Of a stretch of 64,000 nucleotides of DNA, positions 38,160-52,772 are shown piece by piece. The stretch comes from Octopus sinensis (lineage: Eukaryota): assembly GCF_006345805.1 (NCBI RefSeq), contig NC_043001.1, forward strand, positions 123,256,001-123,320,000. Reading direction: 5' to 3'. The notes beneath the pieces were generated by a model. The model was not told the origin of the DNA, made no database searches, and was given only the letters and a program-made list of their open reading frames with translations. A program made the translations under genes and the position numbers. Each line of letters starts with the position of its first letter. The stretch's first letter is position 1.

Positions 38160-38715
38160 ATGGTGGCTGCCCCCTCGTTATCGAGTATGACCATTGCACG
38201 AAGCTTAATCAATGTTCTTATCGTGCAATGCCTGTGCAAGAAGATTTTTTTTAAAGTGAGGAAAGGCTGTGCACTAAGTCAATCCCACTCACTAAACAGC
38301 AGCAGCCATAATCCGAAAAGAAGAACAAGTCGACATCATCGGTAACCACTGAGCCGCAGGTTTTATGTCGGAGTTATCCCAGTTACCTGAGTTACCTTCT
38401 CCTAGAAGGATGCCCTAACAAAGGCTAGGAGTCCTTCACTCCCAATGGTTAAACCGCGCGATCGGGTATTCAGTCCGATTATTTCTATGTCCCCGCGCAT
38501 GATCCAGCCTTAAGACATTTATTGGATGGCTGTTGACTCTCAAGAGTTCCTCCGCCCTTTGACGGGTTTTGTTTTTCATCCCGCAGGGTATCCAATAAAC
38601 ACCCTCCTCACCAATCAAGCTTGGTAGGGTTGCCGGTTTAGTCACCGACGACCCGACCATGCAACAGGTTGTACTGGGTTACATGTTACTAGTAGCACTC
38701 GAAACTGACCTGACA
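38160..38715 (-). mobile_element. Internally deleted (bipartite) RTE-derived element: 5'UTR joined to the 3' end
   Basis: Minus strand has an RTE-like 5'UTR (ggtcgggtcgtcggtgactaaaccggcaacccta...agggcatccttctaggagaaggtaactc) joined at about 38340 to a C-terminal Cys/His-knuckle remnant and 3'UTR. The family assignment is from recalled similarity. Confidence 0.55.
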
Positions 38716-38817
38716 TATGCATACATACATACATAGATACATACATACATACATATATACCGACAGACAGACCCCCGCCCACACAAGCACATATATAAAT
38801 GTTTCTAAATATATACA

Positions 38818-38888
<71 letters not shown>

Positions 38889-39000
38889 ATATCTATCTAT
38901 CTAACTATCTATCTGTCTCTCTCTCTATATATATACATATATGCACGCACACACATACTTGCACATGCACACCTGTATATATTCATATATTCATATGTTC

Positions 39001-39036
<36 letters not shown>

Positions 39037-39329
39037 TGTGTATTTATTTTTCGCTTTCTGCACAGTTTTCATCAATTAAATTCCACTCATTGGCATTGGT
39101 TAACCGGAAGCTATAGTAAAAGACACTTGCTAAAAGCGCCACGCTTTGAGACTTAACTGGAAACTAAGAAGTTGCAAAATGAACTTATCCACTACGTAAC
39201 CAGGCCTACAACCGTTAACACTGTTAAAACCAAACATTCCAATATTCAATAACTTGAAGAAGGAAAGTGACGTTCTTAGCAATCATTGCAGATCAAGAGA
39301 TAAGGCAGTTTTTTTACTTTTACTTTTGC

Positions 39330-40285
39330 TTGTCTCAGACATTGGACTGCGACCATGTTGGGGCTGATAGGTTTTAGTCACACGTATCGACTCCAGTACT
39401 TATTTTAAAACCTGGTACTAATTTCATCGTTTTCTCTTGCCGAACCGCTTCGTTACGGGAACATAAATAAACCAACACATTGTCAAGCGGTGGTAGGGTC
39501 AAGCAGAAAAAACACTCACAAACACACATCAACACACACACTCATACACACATATATGGGCTTCTTTCAGTTACCTATTTCTTTATTACCCACAAGGGGC
39601 TAAACATAGGTATTATGTCGATTACATCGACCCCAGTGCGTAACTGGTACTTAATTTATCGACCCCGAAGGGTGAAAGGCAAAGTCGACCTCGGCGGAAT
39701 TTGAACTCACAACGTAACTGCAGACGAAGTACCGCAAAGCATTTTGCCCGGTGTGCTAACGCTTCTGCCAGCTCGCCGCCTTCTTTCAGTTACCGTCTAC
39801 CAAATCCGCTGAGAAGTCATTGGTCGGCCGGAGACGACAGTAGAAGACACTTGCCCAAGGTTCTACGAAGGAGGATTAAAACTAGAGCTAAGTGGTTTGA
39901 AAGTGAAATTCTCATCACACAGTCACGCATGCGCCTATCGACACAACCACGGAAGATTTACTCTTTACTCTTTTACTCTTATACTTGTTTCAGTCATTTG
40001 ACTGCGGCCATGCTGGAGCACCGCCTTTAGTCGATCAAATCGACCCCGGAACTTATTCTTTGTAAGCCCAGTACTTATTCTATCGGTCCCTTTTGCCGAA
40101 CCGCTAGGTGGCGGGGACGTAGACACACCAGCATCGGTTGTCAAGCAATGCTAGGGGGACAAACACAGACACACAAATCCACTCACAAGGCATTGGTCGG
40201 CCCGGGGCTATAGCAGAAGATACTTGCCCAAGATGCCACGCAGTGGGACTGAACCCGGAACCATGTGGTTGGTTAGTAAGCTACT
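39330..40285 (-). mobile_element. Two family B SINEs; the first is interrupted by a family A SINE (39576-39779)
   Basis: Family A insert flanked by TSD cttctttcagttacc (39561-39575 and 39780-39794). Confidence 0.9.
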
Positions 40286-40968
40286 CACCACACAGCCACT
40301 CCTGCGCCTATAAAGGATTGTTAGAAAAAGGAAAGGCGGTGAGTTGGCAGAATCGTCAGCACTCCAGGCAAAATGCTTGGCAGTATTTCGTCCGTTTTTA
40401 TGTTCTGAGCTCAAATTTATCCATAATATCATCAACTGGATTTGATCTTTCACCCCGTAGTCTAATATCTTATTAACTTCAAGCAACTGAAACCGCTGTG
40501 ATTTCGGAAGGTTAAAAAAAAAGGCTTAAATAATATTTCATTTGATAAAGGCTGAGTAAAGCATGCATATCAGTTAATCTTATTCCCCTTGCGCTTATAA
40601 ATTTGTGACCCCATTATAACAGAGCTGTTAATAGAAGAAACGCACGCTTTTATGCTCTATTTTATAAATCGCATCTTGGAGAGAAATGCAACTTCTTTAG
40701 AAACGAAACATCATATCTCTGGCACGAAGGAAAAAAAATTTGAACAATTATGAAGGTCATTTGAGAAGTCAAGAGAAAATAGAATTTCTGTTATTAATGT
40801 TAAAACACAGATGTTTCGTTTTTGTACAGAAGGCGAGATTAAAACTGACAAACCACATTATTAAGCGATTTTTGCCTCCACTTCTTGTTCTTTCTCTTTC
40901 TCACTATCATTCCATCATTATGCAGTTTACTTATATTTTGCAATATATAATTTATGTAATCTAATCAG

Positions 40969-41035
<67 letters not shown>

Positions 41036-41499
41036 ATATCTATCTGTCTGTCTGTCTGTCTGTCTGTCTTTTTCTCTGTCTCACATCACTCTCTTTCTAC
41101 AAATATGCACACACATGTATATATATAAGTATGAATGTGTGTGTGCGTGTGTGTGTTATAGGCTTCTGTACTCTTTCTATGACACCGGGTCATCACTTAC
41201 AAAACTGACACCTCTAACAGGCTTTGTCTGGTGAGAAGGATTGATAAATATCAATGCAAAGAACAAAATGCAAAACTTGTCAAAAAGACGTAGATAATTA
41301 GCGTCGTTCAAGGGCTTTTGTGCAATAGTTCGTAGGGACATAGAAATACTCAAGACACTTTGAGAGTGATGGCTCCCTAGAAGACCTCAGCCATAGCCGC
41401 GGGTGGTTTGATGCGTCAAATTGCGTTTATATACGTTGCTTTATGTACTCCAGTTTGTGCCTGTGATATGTTTTGGTGTATGATGCTCATTATTAGACA

Positions 41500-41895
41500 T
41501 AGGAAAGGCAGCGACTTGGCGGAGTCGTTAGCATGCCGGAAAAATGCCTTTCACCCTTTCGGGGTCGATGAAATAAGTACCACTATAGCACTGAAGTCTA
41601 TGTACTCGACTTAGCCCCTCCTCCATCCCAATTTTCAGGCCTTGTGTCTTTAGTATAAAGGATTGTTAGAAAAACAAAAGGCGGTGAGTTGGCAGAATCG
41701 TTAGCACTCCGGGCAAAATGATTGGCGGTATTTCGTCCGTCTTTGTGTTCTGAGCTCAAATTTCGCCGAGGTCAACTTTACCTTTCATCTTTTTGGGTGC
41801 AACAAGTATCAGTTGAACACTGGAATCAATGTAATCGACTGACTTTCTCCCTCAAAATTGCTGGCCTTGTGCCAAAATTTGAATCCATTTTTAGA
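41500..41895 (+). mobile_element. Two tandem family A SINEs (diverged)
   Basis: ggcagcgacttggcggagtcgttagc... then aaggcggtgagttggcagaatcgttagc... Confidence 0.8.
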
Positions 41896-42580
41896 CATCG
41901 GAGGTACTCACATATGGCCTTGACTGCTCTCAACAAGCATTGCGGTTAGGGGTTTAGGGCTAAAGGCCATTAAGTGTGTGCGTGTGTGTGTGGGTTTAGA
42001 TATCCTGGACCGGATGGCATGTTGTGTCCTTGATCAAAGCACTCCATTTAATGATGCATTTGTGCATCCTCTTGAAAAATAGTATTAGTGCCAAGATGAG
42101 TGATCGTAGTGGTGTTGGTGGCTAATCATGTGACAGACCGAGGTCTCGTCCGGGAGAATTCGTGAATTTTCAGCCAAGTAGAAACAAATGAAGCTGGAAT
42201 AAAGCTCCAGCCTAATGGGCCTGCAAGCACGAGTATGTACAAATATATATGGATGGTTCACGATGAGGATCCCATTGCTCGATAAAATGAATTATCTGCT
42301 CCTGAAACAGCGTGTAAGTGGCCGTGGGATCCGGAAACTCATGCACCCTTAATTTTCAGGCAGAATCAGCATCACAGAGTGTGTGTTAGTACAGAAATTT
42401 TGATTTACCGGTACAATCCACCGAGCGGTTTCCGTATTGTTTCCATCTATTCAGTTTCACTCGCAATGTATGAGTTACTCGAAAGTATTGAAAATGCCAT
42501 TTGCTTAAGATGACACAGAGTTGGAACGAACACGAAACATCGCAGTTGCGAAGCGAAGAACTTTGTAACTATTAAATTGT

Positions 42581-42618
<38 letters not shown>

Positions 42619-42714
42619 TGTGTCTGTGTTTGTGTGTGAGTGTATATATATATAAAACCATTGGATTATGCATTCTCTCACACTCTCTCTCTCTCTCTCT
42701 CTCTCTATACATAT

Positions 42715-43110
42715 ACTCTTTTACTCTTTTACTTGTTTCTGTTATGTGACTGCGGCCATGCTGGAGCACCGCCTTTAGTCGAGCAAATCGATCCCAGGAA
42801 TTATTCTTTGTAAGCCTAGTACTTATTCTATCGATCTCTTTTGCCGAACCGCTAATGGACGGGGACGTAAACACACCAGCATCGGTTGTCAAGCGATGTT
42901 GGCGCGACAAACACGCGAAAACACACTCACATATATATATATACATATACATATATACGACGGGCTTCTTTCAGTTTCCGTCTTTCAAATCCACTCACAA
43001 GGCTTTGGTCAGCCCGAGGTTATAGTAGAAGACACTTGCCCAAGGTGCCACGCAGTGGGACTGAACCCGGAACCATGTGGTTGGTAAACAAGCTACTTAC
43101 CACACAGCCA
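42715..43110 (-). mobile_element. SINE family B (full length)
   Basis: Reverse complement of the 16392 family, including the (tactcttt)n tail and tRNA-like head. Confidence 0.9.
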
Positions 43111-43367
43111 CTTAAATAAATATATATATAAATATATAAATCTATACACATAAATAAATATGCATATACATAAATAAATGGTATGTATGTATGTATGTAT
43201 GTATGTATCTATCTTTTTCTTTCTGTATGTACACACATATATACATATGAAATCATATATTCAATAATGAAGCATAACTGAATTGTTATGAATTTTTGTG
43301 TGTGTAGGTTTATTTGTATATATTTATATATTACATACATACATACATACATACATACAAACATATC

Positions 43368-43399
<32 letters not shown>

Positions 43400-43417
43400 T
43401 ACATATATATATATATC

Positions 43418-43467
<50 letters not shown>

Positions 43468-43815
43468 GGTATATGTTAGGACTATGCTAGATAGATAAGA
43501 TAGCGTGATAAATGAAAGTCATATCTTCAAGATCGAGATCGATGAACAAAAATTTGAACTAGCTTTCTATTAAATATATTTTTATTTCTGTCAAACACTC
43601 ATTTATTCAATGAAATATTGGAAGAGGTGGAAATATAAAAAAAAGCGCACCCCTCCACGCCAAATAAAAATAGAAATAAATAGATATACCCAACACAAAG
43701 CAAAACAAAAATGAAAACCAAATATAAACGAATAAGAAAGAGGGTATAATAATATACAGAAAAAATATCCACTTGTTAACAATCGGAGATTGTTATGACA
43801 ATCGGTGAAATAGAT

Positions 43816-43833
43816 CACTTCCGCTTCACGTGA
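43816..43833. promoter_or_regulatory. Adjacent ETS-type (CACTTCCG) and E-box (TCACGTGA) motifs
   Basis: cacttccgcttcacgtga within a ~600-bp repeat-free block; motif match only. Confidence 0.2.
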
Positions 43834-44279
43834 TTTTGCTGCAAAGAAATTATGGGAATTTTTAGTTGTTTTGTTATTATTGGTAATCATTTTGTTATTG
43901 TTGTTGATTTGTTGTGTTGCTAGGTATAAAACGCTTTCAGCAGTGACACCAAAGTGGTAAAGAAGTCTTGACTTCTTAACTTTCTGCCATATTGTCGAAT
44001 TTCGTGTGTAGGCATATAAATTCGGCAAGGTCTTAAGCGAGGTTAATCTGGCCAACCATTTATAGAAGCACGGGAAGCACTTTTAAAAATAAATCTCTTT
44101 TATTCCTTATTATTTCCTAACACAAAGATCAAATCTGGGCAAACAGTAAGCGTAGCTGCGCATTTGTCTTTTTGCGTTGCGTGTGTATGTGTACATACTC
44201 ACACATCCACGCACTTATACACGCAGATACTCATATGTATATACATGAAATGCGTATGTAGTGTAGAATTCCTTTCAAA

Positions 44280-44314
<35 letters not shown>

Positions 44315-44347
44315 TGTATGTATGTATGTATCTATCTATCTATATAT

Positions 44348-44524
<177 letters not shown>

Positions 44525-45280
44525 GTACTGTTTCGTGAAGGTAAGATCACCAAAAATGTGCTCCATCTGGTGCGAGATAAATATTATTTAATATACACAA
44601 TATATGTCTCTATGTGCTGCTAATAGTTTCATATTTTGAGCAATACCTCAAGCATATTCATCAGGCTCAAACCACATATATGGTATTTTTGAAGATTTGG
44701 TGATATATATTTATATGGTATATTTGAGAGTACCTTCTTCTTGTTTTTAATTCACATAGTTAAAGGCATCGCACCTGTTGACTACCTGTTAACTCCTATT
44801 TATTCTGTGGTTTAAGATCTTAGTTAGATAAATTTAATTAAAATTAAACTGCTGTAATATGTCATGCGAGTGTATTTCATACATAAACACTATAAACCAC
44901 GAGCTTATATTCGAACATTACATATTCTCTTTTTGTTTGCTTCTGGGCGATTCGTATATCACCTTATCGTGGTGTCAACAACTATTCTATATTTCTTTCT
45001 GAATGAGAAACCCTCTTTTGTTCAACACCAACTGAAGAGCCGAATAGATGCCGAAACATCTCGTAGGATACATGTTTTGCCTATGTGGGGTACATAAGAC
45101 CAATTCCGGCTTTTTTCTGTAATTTCACATGGACTTAAAATCATTGCACCAAATACTTGTTGAGTGATTGTACATCTAAAGTAGTTCGGCAGAATCTCTT
45201 CAAATCCAGAACAGATGCAGCCAATATTAAAGAGATCTAGCTACCCAGAGGTACAGCTGCTACTGCTACTGCTGCTGCTT

Positions 45281-45351
<71 letters not shown>

Positions 45352-45799
45352 TTACTGCTGCTACAAGCTATAGACAACTTTAAACGAAAATATCATGCTT
45401 CTCTTTCAGCACTTGTTCGTTTCATCAAAAAACTGAGTTACAGAAAGAGTAATAACGGTATTGAAATGAAATTAAATGTAAAAATCTACGGAAAAAAATC
45501 TATGAAAAAAAAAAGACGACTCTCCCCGCAAACCAACAAGCTATTGAGGAATTGAAGGATGTAAGAAGCAGCAATACATTCTATGACACAATATAAAAAT
45601 ATTATAAAAAGAAAGGAAATTCAGTTGACAACACAAGTGATAACGAAATGATACTGCTTAAAGTAGGAACCATCAGTTGATGGGTTAACTGTTAGTTAAC
45701 CATCTTAGCCTGCAGATATAGACTTTCCTATCATTTATTATAGATTTATACTATATTTTTTTTCAACGACTGGCGACTTCTGTCTAATAGTATCACTAA

Positions 45800-46278
45800 C
45801 ATGTAACCATAAAATAATGAATAATGATAAAATTAGTTGGTGGAGATGGTGGTGGTGATGATGATGATGATGAGTTTGATGATGACGACGACGACGATGA
45901 TGATGATGATGATCTAATGTCGGTTGTAGAGGCGGCGGCGGTGGTAGTGTCATTGATGGGGAAGATAAGGATGATGATGATGATGATGATGATGGTGATG
46001 TGTGGTGATGACGACAATAGTCATGATGAAGTCGATAACGATGATGGTAATGATGATGATGATGATGATGCCCACTACTACGACAATGATGATGTGGACG
46101 TTGATAGTAATTGTGGTACTGACTGATTGTAGCAACATTAGTGACGATCACAATAACGTCTTATGTAACGATAATAATGATAATTATGATGATGGCCAGA
46201 CGCTTGTACTGGAGACGGTAATGATGGTATGCTGACGACGGACAATAAAGACGAAGATGCCGACGACGACGACGACGG

Positions 46279-46316
<38 letters not shown>

Positions 46317-46400
46317 GTGATGAGGATAATGATGATGACTATGATGACGTCAACGACGACAAGTATGATGATGATGATAATGGTGATAATGATGGTGATA
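45800..46400. repeat. Degenerate (GAT/GAC/GGT)n triplet array
   Basis: Explains the poly-Asp, poly-His and poly-Met ORFs in the track. Confidence 0.9.
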
Positions 46401-46598
46401 GTATTTTGCCGAGGCCCAGTTTAAGATTAGAAGTGGCTTTATCAAATTATCTACTTTTCTCTGCATGACCACCTTCCACTTCTCAAAGATTTTATGTCTG
46501 TCTTTGACGTTTTTTCTCTGTCTCTCTCTTTCTCTTTCTCACTGGTTTTATTTCACTTTTCCCATCATTATTTAAGTTAAATTTCTCCTCTGGCTAAG

Positions 46599-46639
<41 letters not shown>

Positions 46640-46671
46640 ACTACTACTACTACCACTACTACTACTACTAC

Positions 46672-46704
<33 letters not shown>

Positions 46705-46964
46705 TAATAATAATATATAATGATTATTTTACCATTACGGGGAATAGAAGAACATACAAAGCACCCTCTAAAACTAAAAATAAAAATAAACAAAGAAAAA
46801 ACAAAAAAATAAGGAAACGAAAAAAGAACTCTGCTTTGCCATGAGTGTCTACTATTTAGGAAACAATGATGACGACGACGACGACGACGATAACGACCAC
46901 GAAAATGATGATGACGACGAAGATGCGGTAGTTATGATGATGGTGATGGTGATGATAATTGTTT

Positions 46965-47160
46965 CTAATTTTGGCATAAAGCCAGCAGTTTTGAGAGTGA
47001 GTTATTCTATTACATCCATCCCTCAATACTTAACTGGTACGTGAAAAGATGAGAGTCAAAGCTGCCACGGCGAAATTTGAACTCAGAGCGCAAAGCCGTG
47101 AAGAAATATTGTGAAGCATTTTGTCCGGCGTGCTAAACGATTTTGCCAGCTCACCGTCTT
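46965..47160 (-). mobile_element. SINE family A (diverged)
   Basis: ggcgaaatttgaactcagagcg...gccagctcaccgtctt. Confidence 0.75.
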
Positions 47161-47173
47161 AATTATTTATGAT

Positions 47174-47462
47174 GCTATGGCTCACTGGTTAGAGTGTCGA
47201 GCTTATGATCGTGAGGTTGTGAGTTCAATTCCCGGACTGGGCTGTGTGTTGTGTTCTTGAGCAAGACAATTTATTTTACGTTTCTCCAGTTAACTCAGCT
47301 GTAGAAATGAGTTGCGACATCACTGGTGCCAAGCTGTATCGGCCTTTGCCTTTCCCTTGGATAACATCACTGGTGTGGAGAGGAGAGGCTGGTATGCATG
47401 GGCGACTGCTTGCCCTCCACAAACAAACCTTGCCCTGACTTGTGCCTGGGAGGGTAACTTTC
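47174..47462 (+). mobile_element. tRNA-derived SINE, family D
   Basis: tggctcactggttagagtgtcg...gagttcaattcccgg (A/B boxes), followed by a cttgagcaagac core-like segment. Confidence 0.8.
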
Positions 47463-47799
47463 ATTCATGACCGAAGGGGTTCTCCTCCTCAAAGATAATG
47501 ATGATTATGACGATGGCTAAGTTGACGGTGAAACTGATGATGATGATGATGATGATGATGAAGATGGTGATGGTTGTGGTGGTGGTGACGCGGATGATGA
47601 TAGTGAAGTAATGATGGTTACTAAAGTAATTTTTGACGTTTTTATACTTATGTATACTTATGTATACTATTTATAGACCATCGGATTGAGTATTCGGCTA
47701 CATTCCGTCCTATTGATTTCCGAACGCATTTCCGAAGCGAACTTAGGTTAGTTCCCCGGTCTGTCATTTCAGCCTTCATCACCAACAACACCAACACCA

Positions 47800-48200
47800 A
47801 CGTCAATCATCATCATTCATCATTGTTCGACCGTGGTCGAGACAATGGAATTTACTATGTTACGCCAGACTTCACGGCCCATCATAGCATTACGGAGGTC
47901 CTGTTGCTGGATGCCTGTATCCCTGGAGATTACATCAGGGTAGGAGAGTGTGCGCCCTCTGGTGTTGCGAGTAGATGGCTTCCAGAGGAGAAGAGTAGAA
48001 ATTACTTCTTTTTCAGCTCTACAACAATGTCCAGCAAACTGGACTCTCCTACCTTTCACAAGAGATGACACAGGTGGTAATTTCCCATATATTTGCATTT
48101 TGGTTGGATGGCGCCTCCACGAGAGATTTTGAGCTCTCATAAGGAGGCGAGTGTAGGTTCCATCCAACCGCCTCTCAAGCTTCTTTGATAACGTCAATGC
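47800..48200 (-). mobile_element. RTE-clade LINE, 5'-truncated 3' end
   Basis: Open frame KKLERRLDGTYTRLLMRAQNLSWRRHPT...RRVQFAGHCCRA..EVISTLLLWKP...W* followed by a (TGA)n-like tail. Confidence 0.85.
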
Positions 48201-48334
48201 CATCACAACCAGTAACACCACCATCAGTACAAACACCACTACCACAACCACCGGCGCAAGCGCTACCACCACAAGCACCGCAAGCTCTAACACTAGTAGC
48301 ACCATCGCCACCACATATATCTAGCACTATCAAG

Positions 48335-48905
48335 GCGTCGAGCTGGCAGTAACGTTAGCACGCCGGGCGAAATGCTTAGCGGTATTTCGTCTGCCGTTAC
48401 GTTCTGAGTTCAAATTCCGCCGAGGTCGACATTGCCTTTCATCCTTTCGAGGTCGATAAATTAAGTACCAGTTACGCACTGGGGTCGATGTAATCGACTT
48501 AATACCTATGTCTGTCCTTGTTTGTCTCCTCTGTGTTTAGCCCCTTGTGGGTAATAAAGAAATAGGTATTTCGTCTGCCGTTACGTTCTGAGTTCAAATT
48601 CCGCCGAGGTCGACATTGCCTTTCATCCTTTCAGGGTCGATAAATTAAGTACCAGTTACGCACTGGGGTCGATGTCATCGACTTAATACCTTTGTCTATC
48701 CTTGTTTGTCCCTTCTGTGTTTAGCCCCTTGTGGGCAATAAAGAAATAAGAAACGTTAGCACCCCAGGCGAAATGCTTAGCAGTATTCTGAGTTCAAATT
48801 CTTTCATCCTTTCGGAGTCGATAAATTAAGTACAAGCTGACCAGTTGCATACTGGGGTCTATCTAATCGACTGGCCCCCACTCCCCAAAAATTTCGGGCC
48901 TTGTG
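48335..48905 (+). mobile_element. Tandem trimer of family A SINE units
   Basis: Full unit 48335-48565, head-truncated unit from about 48566, third unit from about 48750. Confidence 0.9.
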
Positions 48906-49375
48906 CCTAGAGTAGAATATATCTACCACCATCACCCCCACCACCACTACCACCATCGCCGCCACCACCACTTGAACCGACATACAGTTCGAAAGATTGA
49001 CAACCACTTTTGTGCACTGATGACAGATCACCTACTCTGATGCATATCAAACATGTTTCATAAAATAAATAATAATTACATAAAAGGCAATACTTGGATC
49101 TGTAAATAAATGTTAAGACGTTCTCACACAGTATTTGCAAACCTTGAGTATTTTGATGCATGTTTTGCTTGTATGAGATACTATCTAATTATTTCGCATC
49201 TAAGAGTGGAAAACTCTTAATGTGCTTAACGAACCATTGATAATAAGGAAATTATTAATTATAATGGCAATAACGCTGCGCTTGGAAATAATCAATTTAA
49301 TCCAAATGTACCTGCTTGATTCTTGAGTAAAGGTAATGTTCCCAAATTTATGATCACCGAACCTACATCTCCCAT

Positions 49376-49411
<36 letters not shown>

Positions 49412-49495
49412 ATATACATACACACACACACACACACACGCATATATATATATACATACACACACGTACAGAGGTGACTATGGAGATGTGTATGT

Positions 49496-49526
<31 letters not shown>

Positions 49527-49546
49527 GCTTATGCATGTATATATGT

Positions 49547-49599
<53 letters not shown>

Positions 49600-49883
49600 C
49601 ATTCTTTTTCGGAATGGAGAATCTCGAAGCAGATAAGGCAATAAATAACAGTGTATACGTATTTGGTTAAAAATATATATAAAAATGCAGGTTATAAGAA
49701 ATTTTGCAAGTCGATGATTTGTATTTCTACCTTGTATTTCAATATTTAGGGGATAAGCCCCCTTTAGAAATCTTCAGCAAAACGGCTGTGTGAACTGGCT
49801 TCTCTGATTTGGACGGTGTATATGAAGAGTTGGCATAGTAGTTAATCAGTTGAATGCAGTTCGGTTCTGCTGGTAGTATGTAC

Positions 49884-49916
<33 letters not shown>

Positions 49917-49925
49917 ATAATATAT

Positions 49926-49959
<34 letters not shown>

Positions 49960-50175
49960 ATATATATATACACACCTTCTCGATTTACGACCGAGTTCCG
50001 TTTCGATTGATAGGTTGTAAGTCGATCTGGTCGTATGACGGATTTATATTTTTCAATAATATCTTTATTCAACGCAACTATGCTTGAAAGTGACTTAATG
50101 AGAAACAGTGACAGGCAGTCGACGACCTACACGTGCTCATATATATATATATATGCATATATATATTATATATAA

Positions 50176-50228
<53 letters not shown>

Positions 50229-50229
50229 A

Positions 50230-50642
50230 CTTATGGGTGCAAGTAAGTATCTCATTTATTTCCTTATCGTATTTATCGTATTTATCGTATTTATCGCTGA
50301 TGACGAGAAAATTCTAAATTGGGACTGATCCGATAATAACGAAATATTTTTAGAAATTTCTATCGGCTTGCTTTCGAGACACGTGCTTATAGTGACAAAC
50401 TATATGGTTATTGACGAATAAATCTATATTTCGGCATATTTGGCATTAGAATTTTTTCTTTTGCCCTTGTTTATAAGTTGTTTATGAAATTTAACCTTTA
50501 AAGGTATTTTTTTAATATGCTGGCAATTTGATAAAATTTTTTCGAATTTTTTTTTCCTATATTAAATATATATATATATATATATATATCTAATATAGGA
50601 AAAAAAAATTCGAAAAAATATTATCAATGGCCAGCATATTAA
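50230..50642 (+). mobile_element. Second copy of the 24537-24780 hammerhead element, with an inverted partial end
   Basis: Shares aagtaagtatctcattta, tatcgCTGATGA...tccgata and ttcggcatatttggcattagaa...ttgccctt.tttataagtt. 50510-50563 is inverted at 50590-50642 across a (TA)n loop. Confidence 0.8.
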
Positions 50643-50995
50643 ATATATATATATATATATATATATTACATATGTGCGTTGATATACAGAGAATTCAAAT
50701 TCGAGTTACTGTTATTTTCATGATGTAAAACACAAGTTTAGATTCAAATATACAGTCCTTCGAATTCAAATATACAACATGGTAAGACATTTTTTGAAAA
50801 CAAAAGGAAGAAAAAACCGAGAAAGAGCGCTCGTCTTTGACAAAAACCAAGAAATGATATTGATCTTTGAGAAAACACGTGAAAGGCCGAGAGGATAGTA
50901 AAAGAAAGAAATGGAATGAAAAAACCCCCAAAAGAGTTGTGTCCTTTTAGTCTATTCAAATATGAATTAATATGCTAGGTCTGAATTAACGCAAC

Positions 50996-52674
50996 GGGGT
51001 TGGACAACGACAACAGCAGCAATAGAAGAATTCGAATACGAAATTGTTTATGAAGAGAGAAAACGACGAAGAGTTGACAGGAAAATGGAAGAAAGGAATA
51101 TGTGAAGGTAGTGTTTTCCAGTTAAAAAAAAAAAATTGGAACCTTGAAATTAAACCGAAAATTATTTTGCCAGTTTGTGGCTCCGTTTTAGCCAACCCTG
51201 ACAAGATCGCTTTACAAAGAAAAAAAAAAGAAAAACAAAAAGAAAAAAACCGCTCAGCCTATCTCAAGAATCCCTCTTCAAGTATAATCCGGAACTACTT
51301 CCCTTCTTTTACATAAAAAAAAGTCACCACCTGAACATCGATATCAAAAACTAAAGGTAACTTTCCCTCGATATTCCTAACAGACGTTGTTTACAGTCTA
51401 GTCTCAAATAATCACAAAACTATGATAAAACATCTTTTATTCTATTTTTCTTATCATTTATTTCTTACACATATAATCTATTGTCGACATTTTCTATTTC
51501 TTTCCTCTTATCAATTTCCACAATCTTTATATCTTTATATATATCTTGATTTTCTTTTTTCACCTATGTATGAATTTTGTTGTAAATACTAACCGTGCTC
51601 TTCTTTAATTTCCCATTTTCTCCCATCTCCACACAATTCTCTCTCCTTTTTCGCAACAGCTAATATTATATACACACACAATTCATCCAGAAACTTTACT
51701 GAATTTGCCGCATAAAAACTGTGATCAAGAGAAAGTTGGTGCATTAGTTATTTTGTAATCCAGATACTTTTCATCTTTGCTTATATTTTTTTACAATACA
51801 CTACTTCTAGCCTTAAGTTTATATACTGTTGGCTACTAGTACCCCATTACAACGAGTTTATCCAATAACCATACCTGCATGCATAAATACGTACACATAC
51901 ATATGCATGCATACGTATATGCATATATATGTATGCACTTCTAAGTATATATACACACACATATGTATATAAATATTACCGCTCTACCTATCACGTGCAT
52001 GGAGTAATGACGAGAAGCACAATCTGTCCAACTGCACATTGATCATATTCCATATAAATATATATACATACATATTATATATATATATATATTATATACA
52101 CACACATACACACATGCATAATATATACATACATATATATATATATACATTATATATATTTATATATACTGAATATATATATGTAGGTATGAACATACAT
52201 TATATATACTATGTATGTGATATATATATATATATATATATATATGACATACATACACGATACATACATATATACGTACATACATACATGCATACATACA
52301 TACATACATACATACAAGCACTCATATTATTTCTTTTTTTTTATATATATTTTATAACTCTCTGCTTCCATGTTTTTTTTTTTGGTCAACCTACTTCTCT
52401 CTCACTAAATGCATAAGTAGACTTACAAGAAACACTTATAGATACAAATTTATTCATTAAATCACTATTTTAACATAATGGTGTCTCAGCTGCTACCAGA
52501 ATTAGTAAGTCTATGAATCGATGTGGACTTTTACTTATGGACAAGTTTGATTTATGGCTATCGCAGCTCTGCCGGAGAAATACATTTTTCTATGGAATCA
52601 AGATCAGTCGTTAAATTTCTCGATAACAATAGATGAGTATATATATGTAATTTACCTGTCTCTCTGTCTATATG

Positions 52675-52772
<98 letters not shown>

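Noticed and set aside
38600-38715. HDV-like ribozyme at the RTE 5' end
   Set aside because: I could not assign P1/P1.1/P3/L3 and the catalytic C by eye; left as a computational check only.
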